Made by a program: the position numbers and the translations under genes. The notes under the pieces are model-generated. The model was not told the DNA's origin. It made no database searches and was given only the letters and a program-made list of their open reading frames with translations. From NCBI GenBank assembly GCA_016868295.1, contig VGHJ01000009.1, positions 901-64,900 of the forward strand: a stretch of DNA of 64,000 nt. The letters run 5' to 3'. Positions 60,692 to 64,000 of this stretch are shown piece after piece; positions within the stretch are counted from its first letter, which is position 1, and the number at the start of each line of letters is the position of its first letter. The DNA comes from Betaproteobacteria bacterium. Its GTDB lineage: Bacteria; Pseudomonadota; Gammaproteobacteria; Burkholderiales; Rhodocyclaceae.

Positions 60692-61516
60692 ATGAATCGG
60701 TCCTTTGTTCGACTCGCCTTCCTGGCGCTGGGTTTCCTCGCCGCCCTGCCCGCCCATGCCCTGCCGCGGGAAGCCGCCGTGCCCGGCGGCGTCGCCCTCG
60801 TCCGCCTCGGCAACGGCAGCGAGCGGCCGCAGGCCTGGTTCGGCGAAAAGCGCGTCGCCGTGCTGCGCGATGGCCAGGGCTGGGTGGCGCTGGTCGGACT
60901 GCCGCTCGCGCTGGAGCCGGGCGAGCACGCCCTGCGCGTGCAGGCCGGCGGCAGCGAGGGGACGAAGCCGGTCCGCGTCGCCGCCAAGCACTACCCGACG
61001 CAGCGCTTCAGCGTGCCCGACCGGCGCAAGGTCGAGCCGCCGCCCGAGGACATGCTGCGCATCGAGCGCGAGCAGAAGCGCATCGACGAGATCAAGGCGC
61101 ACTTTCGCGACGAACCGAACATCGACCTCGCCTTCCGTGCACCGGCGCAGGGCCGCCTCACCGGCAACTTCGGCCTGCGCCGCGTCATCAACGGCCTCGA
61201 TCGCATGCCGCACGCTGGCATCGACTTCGCCGTGCCGGTCGGCACGCCGGTGCGCGCGGCGGCGGCGGGCATCGTCGTCGAGACCGGCGACTTCTTCTTC
61301 AACGGCCACTCGGTGTACCTCGACCACGGCCAGGGCCTGGTGACGCTCTACTGCCACCTCGACCGCGTCGACGTGAAGCCCGGCGCGCGCGTCGCGGCCG
61401 GACAGCGCATCGGCCTCTCCGGCAACACCGGGCGCACGAGCGGACCGCACCTGCACTGGACGGTGCTCGCCAACGGCGCGGCGGTCGACCCACTGCTGTT
61501 CCTGAGGAAGCAATGA
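60692..61516 (+). CDS. M23 metallopeptidase with N-terminal DUF4124-like/peptidoglycan-binding region
   Basis: Signal peptide; H.GIDFA, LDHGQGL.T.YCHL, SGPHLHW. Confidence 0.9.
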   Translation: MNRSFVRLAFLALGFLAALPAHALPREAAVPGGVALVRLGNGSERPQAWFGEKRVAVLRDGQGWVALVGLPLALEPGEHALRVQAGGSEGTKPVRVAAKHYPTQRFSVPDRRKVEPPPEDMLRIEREQKRIDEIKAHFRDEPNIDLAFRAPAQGRLTGNFGLRRVINGLDRMPHAGIDFAVPVGTPVRAAAAGIVVETGDFFFNGHSVYLDHGQGLVTLYCHLDRVDVKPGARVAAGQRIGLSGNTGRTSGPHLHWTVLANGAAVDPLLFLRKQ

Positions 61517-61686
61517 CGCTGTCCGATGCCGAGGTTCCCTGGAAGGCCTTCGCGCTGTTCTCCGCCCTCGCCGCGCTGGCGGCTACTGCGATGTTGCAGA
61601 ACGCCGTGCTGACGGGACTGCCTTTTCTGCTGGCGGGGGCGGCGGCAGTTCCGGCAGCGGGGGCGCCTCGGGCAGCTGGTAATTGA
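61513..61686 (+). CDS. Short hydrophobic ORF, possibly a truncated membrane-protein remnant
   Basis: ATGA overlap with M23 stop, GAGGA RBS; 57 aa. Confidence 0.35.
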   Translation: MTLSDAEVPWKAFALFSALAALAATAMLQNAVLTGLPFLLAGAAAVPAAGAPRAAGN

Positions 61687-61725
61687 CGCAAGACAAGGCC
61701 GGATTCCCCTTGGCGGCAACAATGT

Positions 61726-61750
61726 CGCCGTGTCGTACCGTCTGACTTTT
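61726..61750 (-). repeat. Dispersed motif, near copy (1 mismatch) over nosD start
   Basis: Reverse complement aaaagtcagacggtacgacacggcg. Confidence 0.7.
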
Positions 61751-62929
61751 CTTTTTGTTTTCTGCAATGCCGCGCTCGCCGCGCCGCCGCTGCAGCCGCT
61801 CATCGACGCCACGCCGGCGGGCGGCGTGCTGCGCCCGGCGCCCGGTCTCTATGCCGGCCCGGCGACCCTCGCCAAACCGATGACGCTGGACGGCGGCGGC
61901 AAGGTCATCCTCGAAGGCAGCGGCCGCGGCACGGTGCTGACGCTGGCCGCGAGCGGCGCGACCCTGCGCGGCCTGCGCCTGACGCGCTCCGGCGACAGCC
62001 ACGACGGCGTCGATGCCGGCCTGCTGATCGAGGGCGACGACAATCTGGTCGAGGGGAACGCCATCGACGACGTGCTGTTCGGCATCCACGTCAGGCAGGG
62101 CAACCGCAACCGCATCCTGAACAACAGCGTCGCCAGCCGATCCGCGCCGCGCGGCGCGCGCGGCGACGGCCTGCGCCTGTGGAACAGCCGCCACAACCGC
62201 GTCGAGGGCAACGCCTTCGCCCGCGTGCGCGACCTGACGCTGGCCAACTCGCCGGACAACCGCATCGCCGGCAACACGCTCGCCGACGGCCGCTACGGCA
62301 TGCACATCGTATTCTCGCCGCGCACGCTGGTCGAGAAAAACGCGCTGCGCGACACCGACACCGGCATCGTCGTGCTCTATTCGCCCGACGTCACGCTGCG
62401 CGGCAACACCATCGCCCACGCGCTCGACGGCGGCGGCGCCGGCATCGCCTTCAAGGACAGCGGCAGCGCCCTGGTCGAGGACAACGAAGTCCTGCATTGC
62501 GCGACCGGCCTCTCGGCCAACGCGCCGCTCAACACGGAAGCCGTCCTCACGGTGCGCAACAACCGCTTCGCCCACAACGTCGTCGGCATCTATTTCTACG
62601 GCGAGAAGGGCGGCCACCGCATCACCGGCAACCGCTTCGACAACAACCTGACCCAGGTGGCGGTGAGCGCCGCCGGCGTCGGCGAGGCCAACGAGTGGCG
62701 CGGCAACGCCTGGAGCGACTACCAGGGCTTCGACCGCGACGGCAACGGCATCGGCGACACGCCGCACGAAGTCTGGCTCTACACCGACCGCATCTGGATG
62801 GAAACGCCGCGCGCGAAATTCTTCGCCAACTCGCCGGCGCTGGAACTGCTCGACCTGCTCGAACGCCTCGCCCCCTTCGCCTCGCCCGCGCTCATCCTGC
62901 GCGACCCGGCCCCGCGGATGGCGAAGTAA
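61730..62929 (+). CDS. nosD: NosD-like periplasmic copper-binding beta-helix protein
   Basis: Signal peptide, parallel beta-helix repeats, RGDGLRLW, GRYGMH, GN.WSDY.GFD..G.GIGD.P. Confidence 0.8.
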   Translation: MSYRLTFLFVFCNAALAAPPLQPLIDATPAGGVLRPAPGLYAGPATLAKPMTLDGGGKVILEGSGRGTVLTLAASGATLRGLRLTRSGDSHDGVDAGLLIEGDDNLVEGNAIDDVLFGIHVRQGNRNRILNNSVASRSAPRGARGDGLRLWNSRHNRVEGNAFARVRDLTLANSPDNRIAGNTLADGRYGMHIVFSPRTLVEKNALRDTDTGIVVLYSPDVTLRGNTIAHALDGGGAGIAFKDSGSALVEDNEVLHCATGLSANAPLNTEAVLTVRNNRFAHNVVGIYFYGEKGGHRITGNRFDNNLTQVAVSAAGVGEANEWRGNAWSDYQGFDRDGNGIGDTPHEVWLYTDRIWMETPRAKFFANSPALELLDLLERLAPFASPALILRDPAPRMAK

Positions 62930-62936
62930 CCGGCCG

Positions 62937-63215
62937 CTATGCGGCGATCCGCATCACCTTTGGCCGGCGAAGCTGTCTGGCCTGCCACAAGTCATAGCCT
63001 GCCTGCATCTCCAGCCACATCTCGGCACTCATGCCAAGCGCCGCTTCGAGGCGCAGGGCCATGGCGGCACTGACGCCGGCACGGCCATTCAGCAATGCCG
63101 ACAGTGCCTGTCGGGTGACACCGAGGCGCCGAGCGGCCTCGCCCACGCCAAGCGATTCAGGCAAATACTCCCGCAGCACTTCGCCAGGGTGCGCAGGATT
63201 GTGCATACGAGACAT
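62937..63215 (-). CDS. higA: HigA antitoxin
   Basis: NPAHPGEVLRE, LGVTRQALS.LLNG...VSA.MALRL, WLEMQ..YDL. Confidence 0.92.
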   Translation of the reverse strand: MSRMHNPAHPGEVLREYLPESLGVGEAARRLGVTRQALSALLNGRAGVSAAMALRLEAALGMSAEMWLEMQAGYDLWQARQLRRPKVMRIAA

Positions 63216-63228
63216 GCTGTATTCCTTC

Positions 63229-63507
63229 CTAGTGATAATCGAGATAATCGACCAACTCGGCGTCCTTGCCATCGAAGCGGAAAATCATTCGCCAGTTGCC
63301 ATTGACCGTGACCGAGAAGAAGCCCTTCAGTTCGCCGGTCAGTGCGTGAAAGCGCCAGCCCGGCGCTTTCATGTCTTCAGGCCGCTTCGCATAATCCAGC
63401 GCAGTCAGCATGATCCTCAGCTTGGCCGCGTGATGGGCTTGTATGCCCGCCTTGCTGCCGCGACGGAAAAACGCCTCGAGGCCTTTGTGACGAAACGATT
63501 TAATCAT
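63229..63507 (-). CDS. higB: HigB toxin (plasmid maintenance killer)
   Basis: IKSFRHKGLE.FF, PGWRFH.L.G, SVTVNGNWR.IFRF, VDYLDYH. Confidence 0.92.
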   Translation of the reverse strand: MIKSFRHKGLEAFFRRGSKAGIQAHHAAKLRIMLTALDYAKRPEDMKAPGWRFHALTGELKGFFSVTVNGNWRMIFRFDGKDAELVDYLDYH

Positions 63508-63514
63508 GGCCGAT

Positions 63515-63540
63515 TGTAATGCGGAAAGCGACGCTTTACA
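63515..63540. promoter_or_regulatory. Imperfect inverted repeat, probable higBA operator
   Basis: TGTAATGCG-N8-CGCTTTACA (1 mismatch) just upstream of higB. Confidence 0.55.
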
Positions 63541-63597
63541 AGCCGCTGCTGCCATCGACAGGGCGTCACCGAAATCGGGGCGCTATAGCCGGTCCAT

Positions 63598-64000
63598 TCA
63601 GGGCTTCACCGGATCCCACGGCTCCTGGGCGAAGTAGGCTTCCATGCCCGGCTGGGCGTGCGGGTTGCCGGCCTTACCCCAATGGCAGGTGAGGCGCGCG
63701 TAGTTGTCGAGATCCGGGCCGACCAGGCAGACCATCTCCATCGGGCTCTTCTGCCCCCACTTGAAGGCCAGCACCCAGGCCTCGCCCGGATCGGCGCGGC
63801 GCACCGTGCCGAAGATGCGCTCCTGCTTGCCCGCAATGGTGCGCGTCAGCCGCAGCTTCTGGCCCACCCGCTCGATCTTCGCCGTGCCGGTGTACGTGGC
63901 CTGGCTGTCGGGCTGGCGGCCGATCAGCGTGTAACGCCCGCGCACGAAATCCCACAGCGGCGATTCGTCGACGTCGGCGGCGGAGGCCGACGCCGTCAGC
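63598..64000 (-). CDS. Hypothetical exported protein (5' end outside window)
   Basis: Frame is open to window edge (…LTASASAADVDESPLWDFVRGRYTLIG), suggesting end of a signal peptide. Confidence 0.6.
   Translation of the reverse strand, partial: LTASASAADVDESPLWDFVRGRYTLIGRQPDSQATYTGTAKIERVGQKLRLTRTIAGKQERIFGTVRRADPGEAWVLAFKWGQKSPMEMVCLVGPDLDNYARLTCHWGKAGNPHAQPGMEAYFAQEPWDPVKP

Overview
High-GC betaproteobacterial chromosome segment; gene content and order suggest Rhodocyclales/Sterolibacteriaceae (inference). Mostly housekeeping genes: his genes, murA, mlaFEDACB, kdsD-lptC-lptA, phasin, hrpA, glnS, plsB, ppdK and a double-length uvrA. Also present are a bufferin-type RiPP cluster (DUF2282-DUF692-DUF2063-DoxX) with an ECF sigma/anti-sigma pair, a ColRS-like lipid A modification cluster and four RelE-superfamily toxin-antitoxin modules. 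No rRNA, tRNA, CRISPR array, integrase or transposase was seen. The strongest unexplained signal is a dispersed bipartite DNA motif, AGTCAGTC-N8-ACGGCG (25 bp with flank): 10 exact and 2 near copies on both strands, inside genes and at gene boundaries, behaving like a DNA uptake sequence or a chromosome-wide protein-binding site. Other oddities: GC-rich palindromic repeats inserted in frame into hrpA and uvrA; an AT-richer J-domain + HEPN gene pair appended to a TA operon inside a his locus whose hisC is inverted; a ~177-bp nested hairpin element; a 5'-truncated pilin-like remnant; and several internal-deletion pseudogenes. Start codons were picked by eye and family calls are from motif recognition, not database searches.
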